A stretch of 64,000 nucleotides of DNA from a virus (IMGVR_UViG_3300023048_000002:32001-96000), one strand, 5' to 3'; shown: positions 45,439 through 55,507, counted from the first letter of the stretch. Notes: generated from the sequence alone by a model not told the origin. A program made the numbers and translations.

Positions 45439-45751
45439 AATTTCTGGTATCCACCACACCAATCTTGGCTAAACAAAACTTGCACTCAACATGAGTTCCG
45501 TAGTGTACCAATTGATCACGAGGATGGATACATTCTTTAATCATGACTGCACGTAGCTCTTCGACCTCATCAAGAAGAGGCTTTCTCTTCTCAATGATAA
45601 GGGTACGAATTTCATCCTCAATTGGTTCTAACTCTCTAGCCAAGGCTTCAATCTTATCCTTCTTACGCTTCCATGACAGGCGTTCATTTTTATCACGATA
45701 TGTTGTGATCTTGTCGATGTCACTCTTAATCTTGTCTTCTGAAATATGCAT
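45428..45751 (-). CDS. hypothetical protein with a C-terminal CxH...CxxC
   Basis: 107 aa ORF. Confidence 0.65.
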   Translation of the reverse strand: MHISEDKIKSDIDKITTYRDKNERLSWKRKKDKIEALARELEPIEDEIRTLIIEKRKPLLDEVEELRAVMIKECIHPRDQLVHYGTHVECKFCLAKIGVVDTRNYDR

Positions 45752-45754
45752 GGT

Positions 45755-46690
45755 TTAAATCTCTGATAGTTTAATTAGGCAAGATGCAAAGTTGATTTCA
45801 CGATCAGCTACAAATGCATGGCGATAAAGGTGATCGGCAATGACGACGATACCAGCTTTCCATTTCTTGGTTTCTGTGAATTTACCAATTTCATGTAGGT
45901 AATCGTAAAGGAACTTGTAGCAATCTTCCCACTTGTTGTCTGGAATATTTTCAGCTAGATAAGTGCGAGCCTTATCCCACTGGTCATTAGTAATGAATTC
46001 TACGATTCCTAGCATATGTTCCGATGCAGCAGTAAGGTTTGCAGAATCGAATGGCATCATCTTACCATTGCGAACTGCTGCCTGTGCTGTGGTCAACAAA
46101 CGGCGAAAGTCTGGATAACAGTTATTAACATAATCATCTAGAACTTCAATACCATCGAACTTCACCTTCTCTCTCTTAAGGATAGTAGCAAAGCGGATGG
46201 TCATCTCATCCTTATCTAGGCTATCGAATTTGATAGGAGTGAAACGCGAGCGTAGTTCAGGGGTGAGGTTGTTTGGATAATTACATGTAAAGATGAAACG
46301 TGCATTGTCCGAATACTCTTCAATCTTTGCACGAAGAATCTTCTGTGCACCAGCACTTAGACCATCAGCTTCATTGACGAATACAATCTTATAATCGAAT
46401 GACAGTGGCATGGCTGAAATGAAGTTGTGAACCTTATTACGCATGGTGTCCACATTGTTCTCATCAGAGCCATTGATGACTAAGAAGTCGGCATCATCCA
46501 TTTCAAAGATTTCCTTAATTAGGAAAGCTAGGCTGGTCTTACCTGTACCTGCTGATCCATGTAGTAATAAATGTGGGATGTCTTTATTTTCTAGATACGC
46601 AAGAATTTGTGCTTTGGTATCTTCGTTCTTGAAGATGTATTCTTCAATTGTCTTGGGGGTATGTTTTGTATACCAGAGTTGCTTTGACAT
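45755..46690 (-). CDS. clamp loader large subunit (T4 gp44/RFC AAA+)
   Basis: LW..KH.PK, PHLLLHGSAGTGKT, INGSDE, EAD.L...AQ..LR, FIFTCN, LRSR. Confidence 0.92.
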   Translation of the reverse strand: MSKQLWYTKHTPKTIEEYIFKNEDTKAQILAYLENKDIPHLLLHGSAGTGKTSLAFLIKEIFEMDDADFLVINGSDENNVDTMRNKVHNFISAMPLSFDYKIVFVNEADGLSAGAQKILRAKIEEYSDNARFIFTCNYPNNLTPELRSRFTPIKFDSLDKDEMTIRFATILKREKVKFDGIEVLDDYVNNCYPDFRRLLTTAQAAVRNGKMMPFDSANLTAASEHMLGIVEFITNDQWDKARTYLAENIPDNKWEDCYKFLYDYLHEIGKFTETKKWKAGIVVIADHLYRHAFVADREINFASCLIKLSEI

Positions 46691-46728
46691 GAAACAGTTG
46701 TCCTATGATTCATGCTATTATTTCACAT

Positions 46729-46756
46729 AAAAAAACGGGAGTCAATGACTCCCGTT
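46729..46756 (-). terminator. intrinsic terminator overlapping the stop codon
   Basis: AACGGGAGTCA-T-TGACTCCCGTT followed by a T run. Confidence 0.75.
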
Positions 46757-47929
46757 GATTATATGGTTTGCCTCTTCGGCAATTTCTCGTTTTATTCTAT
46801 CTATAACGTCTTGTCTAGTTGATGCTTCTTCCTCTGCTTTGAATTCCCGTACTGGTTCTTCGGGTTCATCTATAACAGGGATAGCAGCCTCAAGTTCATC
46901 ATGTAATTCTTCTAGGGATTGTGATTCCTCAGAGAAATCATTTGGGTACTCGGGTGGTAGTCTTTCACTAGGACCATCATAATCTTGAGGACTATAGTGA
47001 AATATATCTTCCTTTTCTTCTTTATCCTCAATAGGAGATAATTCTAAATGAACTGGTACTGGCTGTTCGACAACTTCTGGAACAATGTAAAGTTTAGGCT
47101 CTACGTAAGCTGCTTCAACTTGAATTGACTCTTCTGCAACTGGTTCCTCTACTTCAGGCTCAGACTCTTCTTCAAAGAGTTCAAGATCATCTAAATGTGC
47201 AACTGGTACAACCTTATCCTGCTTGGAAATTTTTGTCTCTTCTTTTAATCTCTTTCTTTCATCTATAGCAGTATTAATTGCTAGAGTGAATGAGACTGCT
47301 AAAGGATCGAATACAAAGATCAGGAGCATTGTTAGATAAGCAATGGAGTTGTTTGGGTCTTGGCGTAAAACCTTAGCAACATACATGATAGGACCAATTT
47401 TGGCTTCAACTGTCAACTGGTGGGATTGTAATTCACCAATCTCTTTGTTTAAGCGATCAATATTAGGACCAAGGGTCTTGTATTCCGTGTCGAAAGTCTT
47501 CATCAACTTTTGGCGTGCGGAAACCATGTTATTAGGAATCTTTTCAACCTGACTATCGATCTGAGCTTTACGGGTAGTTAGTCTCTCAACTTCGGCCTTG
47601 TCTGCTGTAATCTTCTGTGCGACTTCCGCCACTGGAATGTTTTCTTGTTGGTATGCAGCGGTTAGATAACCAAAGATACCAATCGATGTGATAAACATCA
47701 GAACACCTACAGCAAGTAACAAATAAGCTTTCAATGCAAATGAAATCTTATTCCAATACCTGTGTAGGAAAGATGCGGCAACAAGCTTAGCAAATTCTAA
47801 GCTTGCGCCCATTATAGTAACGGATATTGCGGAAGCAGAGTAGATCATAGCTAGACCGTAAACGCTGAAGAAACCAGCAGTACCAGATAGCGCTAATGCT
47901 GCAATGATTAATAACGCAATAAACATCAT
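46742..47929 (-). CDS. multi-pass membrane protein with coiled coil and acidic tail
   Basis: 3 N-terminal TMs, coiled coil, GPIMY..IFVFDPLAV TM. Confidence 0.8.
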   Translation of the reverse strand: MMFIALLIIAALALSGTAGFFSVYGLAMIYSASAISVTIMGASLEFAKLVAASFLHRYWNKISFALKAYLLLAVGVLMFITSIGIFGYLTAAYQQENIPVAEVAQKITADKAEVERLTTRKAQIDSQVEKIPNNMVSARQKLMKTFDTEYKTLGPNIDRLNKEIGELQSHQLTVEAKIGPIMYVAKVLRQDPNNSIAYLTMLLIFVFDPLAVSFTLAINTAIDERKRLKEETKISKQDKVVPVAHLDDLELFEEESEPEVEEPVAEESIQVEAAYVEPKLYIVPEVVEQPVPVHLELSPIEDKEEKEDIFHYSPQDYDGPSERLPPEYPNDFSEESQSLEELHDELEAAIPVIDEPEEPVREFKAEEEASTRQDVIDRIKREIAEEANHIINGSH

Positions 47930-47935
47930 AACTCC

Positions 47936-48265
47936 TTAGAATAAACCGGTTGGTTTGTCTGTGGATGTAGCCATAACTTTTTCAAAGCTAGTTGACCACT
48001 TCTTTACTTCGCCTACCTTGAAGCCTTCTGTCCACATTAGCTGTTCGATAAGAATATATGAACCAACACTAACGCGTTCAGGAACATCAGGGCCAACTGC
48101 TTCAACAAGAGCCCAACGTGGCGTCTTAATATCTTCAACCTGATTTCTTACTGTCAATCCCCAATCAGTCTCATTACTAAATGTACCTGTAGAAATGGTC
48201 TGAATGAAGCTAAAGACAATGTTCTTTCTTAAGGGCTTATAACTTTCAATATTATCGTAACTCAT
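47936..48265 (-). CDS. GroES-like co-chaperonin
   Basis: KPLR..IV, V.AVGPDV...V.VG..IL. Confidence 0.7.
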   Translation of the reverse strand: MSYDNIESYKPLRKNIVFSFIQTISTGTFSNETDWGLTVRNQVEDIKTPRWALVEAVGPDVPERVSVGSYILIEQLMWTEGFKVGEVKKWSTSFEKVMATSTDKPTGLF

Positions 48266-48280
48266 CTTATTCCTTACTGT

Positions 48281-48703
48281 TTACTTCTTGACTACGCGTG
48301 TCTTAGTAACTGTCTGTGACTTCTCAAGCTTAGGAGATACTAAAGGTGTAACTTCCTTTTCTGGTGCTGGATCGAATCCATCAGTATCAAATTCATCATC
48401 AACTGGTGTAGACATGAAGATTTCTTGTTCTGATTCTGACTCTGGCTCGTCACCATCATCCTGAGCCTTAGCCCTCTGTTCTGCAAGCTTCTGTCTTACA
48501 GCCTGTTCATTGGCAAGCATTTCACCAATACGCTTTGAGGATGCTCTACGGCGGCGGCTGTTTACATAGTTCTCACGCTGAATAGTTGGATCAGTCTTAT
48601 CTTTAGTGCCAGTCTCTAGCTGCCTTTTCATGCTGTTTAAATTTGCATGAAATTTATCTAGGTCTACAGTTTCGCCTCTCATGCTGACATATTTTTTACT
48701 CAT
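48281..48703 (-). CDS. hypothetical protein
   Basis: 140 aa, SMRGETVD N-terminus. Confidence 0.7.
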   Translation of the reverse strand: MSKKYVSMRGETVDLDKFHANLNSMKRQLETGTKDKTDPTIQRENYVNSRRRRASSKRIGEMLANEQAVRQKLAEQRAKAQDDGDEPESESEQEIFMSTPVDDEFDTDGFDPAPEKEVTPLVSPKLEKSQTVTKTRVVKK

Positions 48704-48711
48704 AATTCACC

Positions 48712-49269
48712 TTATCTGAAAAATTCTTTTAAATCTAGCTCGTATTCAACACTGTCTACACTATGTAGTCCAATCAAATACAAAACATACGAATTACATG
48801 AACTCCCACGACCAGTGCCCCAAACAACTTCGTTCTGTCTGAAGATATCAAGAATATAGATGATAGCACGCAAGATGATTTCCATATCGAAAGTCTTAAA
48901 CAACTCTAGTTCTTTTGAAACTCTTTCGATACGTTGATCAATTTGGCCTTCTGTGAATCTATATCCACCACTGGTATCCGGCTTCTCTACAATTTCAAGA
49001 AGCTTTTTATGGACGTAACTTTTTATATTTATCTGTTTATAAAAGTCGGGAATTTGCCATGTATGATCCAAGTGATCAAGATCACGTTTCACATTTACAG
49101 ATAATGGCTGATTCATTTTATTGAATAATTCAATATCCTCATTAAGCGCATTCACATGAATGCCACCCGTAATGGACCCACCATTCAAGATGTATTCCAT
49201 TAATTGATCTGACGTAAACGTAATATCTCCATCAAACCATAAAACTCTATCAGCTAGGACGGTCTTCAT
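48712..49269 (-). CDS. DNA polymerase III alpha (DnaE)-like fragment 1
   Basis: ERV..EL..F, VWGTGRGSS.NSYVLYLIG...VD...YEL...EF (cf. GPGRGSAAGSLVAY.LGIT..DP..Y.L.FERF); start set to MKTVL. Confidence 0.85.
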   Translation of the reverse strand: MKTVLADRVLWFDGDITFTSDQLMEYILNGGSITGGIHVNALNEDIELFNKMNQPLSVNVKRDLDHLDHTWQIPDFYKQINIKSYVHKKLLEIVEKPDTSGGYRFTEGQIDQRIERVSKELELFKTFDMEIILRAIIYILDIFRQNEVVWGTGRGSSCNSYVLYLIGLHSVDSVEYELDLKEFFR

Positions 49270-49276
49270 AACTTCT

Positions 49277-49660
49277 TTAAATGAATGGTGATGGTGCATC
49301 GGGGTCAATGATGCTTTGTCCAAATTCGTCACGGTCGATGGATCGTTGGACGGGCTGTGCTGGAAATCGCTGGACTGGTGCAGACGGTTGACTCACCGTT
49401 GGCACTGTCGTTACTCCATTCTGGTTTGGTAATGTTACTATGTGGGAACCTGAACTATACTGTGGAGCCTGATGATGTACAACTGTTTGTACAGATGTTT
49501 CTTCATCTAGCATATCAATACGATCACGAATTAGATTCCACTGATTTACATTTGGAACCCAATCATCATCTTGAAATTCTGATAGGCCTTGAATCCACAT
49601 CTTAAACTGAGAAACCGACATCTTTTGTGGCTTCTTATTCTTACTAACTTTCTTTGTCAT
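49277..49660 (-). CDS. hypothetical protein
   Basis: 127 aa, FKMWIQG...WVPN..QW. Confidence 0.7.
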   Translation of the reverse strand: MTKKVSKNKKPQKMSVSQFKMWIQGLSEFQDDDWVPNVNQWNLIRDRIDMLDEETSVQTVVHHQAPQYSSGSHIVTLPNQNGVTTVPTVSQPSAPVQRFPAQPVQRSIDRDEFGQSIIDPDAPSPFI

Positions 49661-49674
49661 GTATTTGCCTTTAA

Positions 49675-50163
49675 TTATGGGAGAATGTCACCAATAGTGG
49701 CATCTTTTAAATACTTATTGTAATTATCAATTGGTGAAATCATGATCCACATATCTTGACCTAGATGGTGACACAACATTTGTGACTTGTTTAAGGATGG
49801 GGTATGGATTTTTCCGCGTGGCTGGTATTCGGTTACACTGATGTAACCCGGAAGATGATTCAGTTTCTTATGGTTAAGAACAAATGCATCAAAGTGTCCG
49901 CGAGACACTTCGGAGACTTCAGCAATATCTAACTGTGAAGTCTCCATGTCAAACACCAGAATATACCAGTTTGCAGGTATTTCCACAGCGTATCCTAAAA
50001 TCTTTATAACAAGGATTGGTGTTGAGTGTTCCTCAAGGACTTCGATCTTTTGAAATCGAAAGTCCCTGTCTTCTAGATCAAGAACCCAAAAATAATCCAT
50101 CTTCAATGGCGTTGTGATACTGTCAATCAAGATTGGGGTTGAATTCTCATCTGAGATTATCAT
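49675..50163 (-). CDS. hypothetical beta-rich protein
   Basis: 162 aa, downstream of UvsW. Confidence 0.75.
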   Translation of the reverse strand: MIISDENSTPILIDSITTPLKMDYFWVLDLEDRDFRFQKIEVLEEHSTPILVIKILGYAVEIPANWYILVFDMETSQLDIAEVSEVSRGHFDAFVLNHKKLNHLPGYISVTEYQPRGKIHTPSLNKSQMLCHHLGQDMWIMISPIDNYNKYLKDATIGDILP

Positions 50164-50178
50164 TTAATAACGTTTCCT

Positions 50179-51669
50179 TTAATTCTTAGTGTATTCAATC
50201 TTCTGCTTTGAGAAAGGATATTCGTGCTTCTTATAATGCTCAACACGCTTTCTCTGGTGAATTCTACTATACTTTAAATTACTAGAAATGTCAATTACTT
50301 CAATGAAGTCTTTATCTGGTGCTTTACGTAATCCACGCCCGATTGCCTGAATGGTTCGAATATAACTTTTACCTAAATCAAGGAAGAATAGATAGAAGAT
50401 TCGTGGAATGTTCAAACCGGTGGCTGCAAGCTGTGACGTAGCAATAGCTACAACATCGTCGTGATCCTTGAATAGCTTATATACGCTTCTACGGAATGCC
50501 TTCTTATCCTTTGAATATACGAAGTACGAACCTTCAATTAATTCTGCTAGCTTCTGACCAACTTCGACTGAGTTTACAAGGATCAAGGTATTACCCTTAT
50601 CTTTTGCTCTCTTCTCCATGACCAGCTTTTTAACATAATTCAATCTACGTTCGTTCTTATTCAGTCTTCTCTTTTCAATGTCATATTCAGGGAATAGCAC
50701 TTCAAGGAAGTCATTATAAGATTTACCCTTCGATTCTTCAGGGAACTCAATCTGCCATATGGCATACTCTGGCTTATAGTCTTCAACCAACTCAAGCATG
50801 TAGATCATCAACTGTGCAAGCCAGCCATTTTCGATCAACTGCTTAGAGGTTACCGTAAACTTGACATCACCCAATGTAACACGCACTGACATTCGATCAA
50901 CATCTGGCTCTGGAAGTGTTCCAGTTACACCGATTTTAACGTAAAGATGTGATCCGTAGTTATTGAGGATTTCCTTCAATATCTGTCCTGTAACACCATG
51001 ACATTCATCCACAATGGCTACTTGGAACATACCCATCATCTCAGGATTGTTTTGAAGTGCCTGCCACGTACTAATGATAATAGGATGATTAATATCCTTA
51101 ACATCACCACTGTATTCACCAACATCGATATCTAGGTCTTTAAAGTCTTCAACACCCTGACTAACAAGGTCGGATGTAGGAACGATCATGATAACCTTCA
51201 ATCCACATACGTCATTGTATAGCTTAGACAGTGCAGCACACATGATTGACTTACCAGCACCAGTACCAGCTAGGATGATTCCACCATTATCTTGTGTAAT
51301 GGCATTAACACCTTTGACCTGATGGTCACCCAATGTGATACCTACAGTTTCAAGATAATTCTCATCAATAACAGGGATGTCTAGAGTGAATGTTTCTCTA
51401 TTATCCATTAGAGAAATCTTGTATCCCCATCGTTTAATGATAGGTAGCATTTCTTCTAATAGATTATTGTAGGTCTTACCACCCTTGGAGTAGAACGATA
51501 TTCTACCGTCCCACTGACCAAGCTTGTACTTCTTACTGAAACGATAATTCTCCGCATAAGGAGAATACTTATCAACCATCCATTTGTTGTCTTTTGGGTC
51601 AAGACCAATGATAACGCAGTTGACTTCATCTAGAACTTTAATGATTACTTTCTTTTCAAGCGTCGTCAT
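50179..51669 (-). CDS. uvsW: SF2 DNA helicase, UvsW-like
   Basis: GTGAGKS, STWQ, VDECH, TGT, TGLNIP, QAIGRGLR. Confidence 0.92.
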   Translation of the reverse strand: MTTLEKKVIIKVLDEVNCVIIGLDPKDNKWMVDKYSPYAENYRFSKKYKLGQWDGRISFYSKGGKTYNNLLEEMLPIIKRWGYKISLMDNRETFTLDIPVIDENYLETVGITLGDHQVKGVNAITQDNGGIILAGTGAGKSIMCAALSKLYNDVCGLKVIMIVPTSDLVSQGVEDFKDLDIDVGEYSGDVKDINHPIIISTWQALQNNPEMMGMFQVAIVDECHGVTGQILKEILNNYGSHLYVKIGVTGTLPEPDVDRMSVRVTLGDVKFTVTSKQLIENGWLAQLMIYMLELVEDYKPEYAIWQIEFPEESKGKSYNDFLEVLFPEYDIEKRRLNKNERRLNYVKKLVMEKRAKDKGNTLILVNSVEVGQKLAELIEGSYFVYSKDKKAFRRSVYKLFKDHDDVVAIATSQLAATGLNIPRIFYLFFLDLGKSYIRTIQAIGRGLRKAPDKDFIEVIDISSNLKYSRIHQRKRVEHYKKHEYPFSKQKIEYTKN

Positions 51670-52129
51670 ATAGAGTGATATCCTCCAATGCGGCAGTTCT
51701 GATCTTGATGATGTTGTTCAACATAAACGCTCTATTCTTGAACTGTTCTGATATAGATGAAAGCATGTTATACATTTCATAAACATCAAGATAGATTTGT
51801 TTATACTTCAAGAACGTTTTATCAGAGTCGATCATCTTATCCTTTTCCATGGAATTATGATCCTTTACAGAATACTTGTTTATGTTATGTAATGCTTCGC
51901 TGCGAACCTGCTTAACCTTCATCTCATAATATTCTAAGAGTGACTTGGTATCGACTCTTATTTCATCATAATAAGAAAGTAGTGATACTTGCTCAACGTT
52001 TGCCAACTGAATGTTCTTGGCATTGAGTGAAAGGTCTTTCTTCCAATCTTTTATTTTTTTATCTATTTCTTTGAGAACATCATCAACATAGTCATCGACG
52101 TTCTCCCCTCTTAGTTTTCTTAAAATCAT
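51656..52129 (-). CDS. recombination mediator, UvsY-like
   Basis: Helical; IDSD...F..R.FML.NI.K.R; between uvsW and uvsX. Confidence 0.65.
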   Translation of the reverse strand: MILRKLRGENVDDYVDDVLKEIDKKIKDWKKDLSLNAKNIQLANVEQVSLLSYYDEIRVDTKSLLEYYEMKVKQVRSEALHNINKYSVKDHNSMEKDKMIDSDKTFLKYKQIYLDVYEMYNMLSSISEQFKNRAFMLNNIIKIRTAALEDITLYDDA

Positions 52130-52695
52130 TAGTTCAATACCCTTGGTATATTCTTTGAGAATATCATATATTGAAACTTCTGTAAATCATCAAACTCATC
52201 AATGATAGCTGATATTGGATTATCAGTCACATCTAGGTCTTTGACTGCATCTGTCTTGTAAGTGATATTTTCAAGTTCTTCGATACCTGAAGCCAAATAC
52301 TTATGGTATGACTGGATTCCGTATTCTTTTATGAATGCATCTATCTTGTTGATATAATCGCAAAGTTCTATGGCATTCATAGTTTCGACTGCTTTAATAG
52401 ATAACACAATTTTAATTGGTTCTACCTGAAATGAATCAATGTTTTCTTCAGTTACCGTGTATGTAGTTCCATCGGATGTCTTAATGACATCACCGATAGT
52501 GAAGGTAGCAACGAAATCAATAACCACGAAGTTTTTATTGTTTGGATAATACTGGATTTCTGACAGACGAATATCTTTGTCTGTCTTGCTGTAATGCCTT
52601 AGAGCTTTAACAAGGTTCACTTGAAAAAGCTCTAAGATTTCCTTAGTGGTGGATTCATACTCAGAGGTTCTTTTTTCCAAAAGTTCTTTGAGCAT
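52129..52695 (-). CDS. hypothetical protein
   Basis: 188 aa ORF. Confidence 0.7.
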   Translation of the reverse strand: MLKELLEKRTSEYESTTKEILELFQVNLVKALRHYSKTDKDIRLSEIQYYPNNKNFVVIDFVATFTIGDVIKTSDGTTYTVTEENIDSFQVEPIKIVLSIKAVETMNAIELCDYINKIDAFIKEYGIQSYHKYLASGIEELENITYKTDAVKDLDVTDNPISAIIDEFDDLQKFQYMIFSKNIPRVLN

Positions 52696-52701
52696 ATTTA
52701 A

Positions 52702-53793
52702 TTAATCCTCTGTGTCAGATGAAGCTTCATCCATCATCTCTAGAATCTTTGCCTTACGAGAGACTTTATCAGTACTTAGGTCAAGTTCTTTTGAATCAAT
52801 AACCACATCAATGACTTCATCTTCTTTAGCAATCAATGCTTCTAGAACTCTCTGCTGGAACTTATGGAAGTTGCCTTTCTGGAACTTCTCATCACCGTAC
52901 ATATACCAGCTACCATTACGTGTCACTACACCAAGAGACTCAGCAACCTCTAGCAAACCTGTGAATGGGTCCATACCAGTTTCATATGGAACTTCAATCT
53001 TTGCTGCTTGGAAGGGTTTGGTGAAACGAGTTTTGTAACCCAATACCTTCATTGTAATACCTTCATAGCGAGACTTATCTTCACTCTTAAGCATCAACTT
53101 CATTACCATCAGCATCTGTGAGAATGCAAACTTGGTAGCCTCAGTGACAACGAATGGCATAGACAATGCTGCGATAGGGTCTTGTTCTTTGTAAGCCTGC
53201 TTTGTGCATAGGCCAACGAATGGGAGATTCTTGATGTCCTGTACGAACGTCTGTAGAAGCTTCTTCAACTGCTTAGCCTGCTGGCCCTGATCACCCTTCT
53301 GATCACCCTTATCATAATTCTTTAATTCAGAATCAGTCATTAGCATGTCTAGGGAGTCGATGACAATTAGCATACGGTCAGTCATGCCATGCTTACGGTA
53401 CAAACGAGTGAACGTTGAAAACTGTTCAGATGCCTGTACGATGGTCTTAACACCTCTGTAGAAGAAGTTAGGTGCATTGATATCAATACCTAACTTAGCG
53501 AGGTAGCCTTCATCTAGTGCGTTCTCAGAGTCGATGACAAGAATACCACAACCCTGATCTTGTGCAGCCTTAATAACGTTGGCTACTACGAATGATTTAC
53601 CTGCACCAGATGGTCCGGTTACAGCACCCCAGCGACCCTGTGCAAATCCTTCTAGGTACTTACCTGATACGATCTTATTTAAAACGTAATTGCCTGTGGT
53701 AATAAAGAACTCAGGTGCATTATTCGTCATCGAAATGCCCTCAGCCTTTGAACCTTCTTTTTGGAACTCTTTTGAAAATGCTTCAAAACCCAT
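52702..53793 (-). CDS. uvsX: RecA/UvsX recombinase
   Basis: TG.Y.LN..SG, GPSGAGKS, IDSENALD, VIDSL, KTRF. Confidence 0.92.
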   Translation of the reverse strand: MGFEAFSKEFQKEGSKAEGISMTNNAPEFFITTGNYVLNKIVSGKYLEGFAQGRWGAVTGPSGAGKSFVVANVIKAAQDQGCGILVIDSENALDEGYLAKLGIDINAPNFFYRGVKTIVQASEQFSTFTRLYRKHGMTDRMLIVIDSLDMLMTDSELKNYDKGDQKGDQGQQAKQLKKLLQTFVQDIKNLPFVGLCTKQAYKEQDPIAALSMPFVVTEATKFAFSQMLMVMKLMLKSEDKSRYEGITMKVLGYKTRFTKPFQAAKIEVPYETGMDPFTGLLEVAESLGVVTRNGSWYMYGDEKFQKGNFHKFQQRVLEALIAKEDEVIDVVIDSKELDLSTDKVSRKAKILEMMDEASSDTED

Positions 53794-53840
53794 ATTAGTT
53801 ATCCTGTACTATTATTCTTAAAAATACTTCTTGCGGGAAC

Positions 53841-53872
53841 AAAAAAGGGGAGCTATAAAAGACTCCCCCTTT
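53841..53872 (-). terminator. intrinsic terminator after ssb
   Basis: GGGGAG...CTCCCC followed by TTTTTT on the minus strand. Confidence 0.7.
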
Positions 53873-53890
53873 CTCGGGACCACTGTTACA

Positions 53891-54859
53891 TTAGTCTTTC
53901 TTTGAACGACGCTTTAGCAAAGCAATGTAGTCGTCTTCTTCATCTTCGTCTTCAGTAGGAGTTTCTTCCTTTACTGATTCACGAACCGGAGTTGACTCTT
54001 CTACTGGTGTGCTGACCTTTTCAGTCTTCTCCACCTTTGCTTCAACCTTCTTCTCTTCCTTAGCTGGCTCTGACTGTGCAGGAGTATCAGATGGCGTACC
54101 ATCTTCATCTTCTACGTAATCTTCACCAGTAAGGTGAGCTTCAAGCATACGCTGAACCTTCTCTGCACCTAAGTCCTTTGGAAGGTACTTAGACAAATCA
54201 ACTGGTTCAAAGTTTTCGATGAAATCTTCAGGTAAAGAAGTTGAACGTCTTGCGAAGTCACTTGCTGTACCATAGTTAGCATAATCACCCTGCTTTGATT
54301 TGACGATGATGAAGTTCAAACCATTACGCAAGTCCCATGGAAGGTCTTCTAGCTCACCCTTGGTTAGGAGTGCTTTTTGACGGCTTTCATACTTGCTACT
54401 GATCTGGTAACCAAGTTGTACAACCTTGATCTTACCTTCATCATTTTCTTTGGTTTCTTCGTTTAGTGGGAGCGGATCAGATACAATGAATACGCTAGCT
54501 AGAGCCTTGGAATCACGGTAGTAATACTTACCCTTTTCTGAGGTCTTGCCTTCGCTCTTGTAGTACTTTGCGGATATCGCACAGATTGGGCAATCAGCAC
54601 CATACATCTTGCGGCATGGGATTTTCTTATCTTCGCCGTTGATTGATAGAACATGTTCCAACTTAGCTACGAAGGGAACAGTATCTTCAGCGGTCATACC
54701 CTTGAATGGTAGCATTCTCATTTCTGATTCTGCACCGAATTCCATGTTCCAGAATGGGTATGTGTCACCAAAGGTTCTTGACTTGCCACCTTCGGTTTTC
54801 TTCTCGGACTTTTCGTTCATCTTTGCAAGCAATGCTGCTAGCTGTGGCTTATTTGACAT
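53891..54859 (-). CDS. single-stranded DNA-binding protein (T4 gp32-like)
   Basis: YPFW, RMLP, PC..MYG..CPIC, acidic C-terminal tail. Confidence 0.85.
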   Translation of the reverse strand: MSNKPQLAALLAKMNEKSEKKTEGGKSRTFGDTYPFWNMEFGAESEMRMLPFKGMTAEDTVPFVAKLEHVLSINGEDKKIPCRKMYGADCPICAISAKYYKSEGKTSEKGKYYYRDSKALASVFIVSDPLPLNEETKENDEGKIKVVQLGYQISSKYESRQKALLTKGELEDLPWDLRNGLNFIIVKSKQGDYANYGTASDFARRSTSLPEDFIENFEPVDLSKYLPKDLGAEKVQRMLEAHLTGEDYVEDEDGTPSDTPAQSEPAKEEKKVEAKVEKTEKVSTPVEESTPVRESVKEETPTEDEDEEDDYIALLKRRSKKD

Positions 54860-54960
54860 TTATGGTCTCCTTAATTTCATCTATAAAGTCATCTTGTTTC
54901 ATCTTAGATAGAAGTGTTTCTATCTTTAACTATTTATTGTCTCTCTACGAAACTGAACCC

Positions 54961-54989
54961 ATAATAAATGGTTTTAAATAATTAGTCAA
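54961..54989 (-). promoter_or_regulatory. sigma70-type promoter of ssb; AATAAATA also at 54931-54938
   Basis: TTGACT-N17-TATTAT. Confidence 0.65.
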
Positions 54990-54994
54990 TCTCT

Positions 54995-55507
54995 TTAAGC
55001 AAAGAAGTTATTTGCTCTTAGATCATCCATCATTTTCATGATATGTTTGCACGCACCCGGAGACTGCATTGGGTTCACAGGTGGGCGGTTGCCTTTACTT
55101 ACGTATGGTGGCGGTGGGTTTCCGTCAAGAGATTTGAACTTGTTATTCCATACCGCGAAACGATAATGGAAGTCCAAACATGAGCAATTGACTTTTACCT
55201 GAGTATTGTGTGGTACACGCTGGATAAAATACTCGGTGTTATCTGAACCCGTAAAATTAAATGATTGAGGCTCTTCAGCTTCAAGATAATTTACGTTATC
55301 GAATACGAGAGTGGTCCAATAGTCATGACCATTATGTGATGTTGTGTTTGAGCCGATTTTCAGCTTGGCGTTATTCGCCATAGGTATATATGTTAAATTA
55401 TTTAACTGCACCTGTCTAGATTTTTCTGTGCGTTCTGGACCCATTGTACTCTTGGTACGTGATTCCAAATCATTTGCACTTAGTTCTAATAAAATCATTT
55501 CTTTCAA
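54995..55507 (-). CDS. SWIM-type zinc-finger protein
   Basis: VKVNCSCLDF..RF ... GACKH; GATAAATA at 55529-55536. Confidence 0.75.
   Translation of the reverse strand: MKEMILLELSANDLESRTKSTMGPERTEKSRQVQLNNLTYIPMANNAKLKIGSNTTSHNGHDYWTTLVFDNVNYLEAEEPQSFNFTGSDNTEYFIQRVPHNTQVKVNCSCLDFHYRFAVWNNKFKSLDGNPPPPYVSKGNRPPVNPMQSPGACKHIMKMMDDLRANNFFA

Noticed and set aside
38215-49269. Split-intein trans-splicing of the DnaE fragments, as in cyanobacteria
   Set aside because: Neither fragment has intein blocks at its ends; the Hint domains between them belong to virion proteins.
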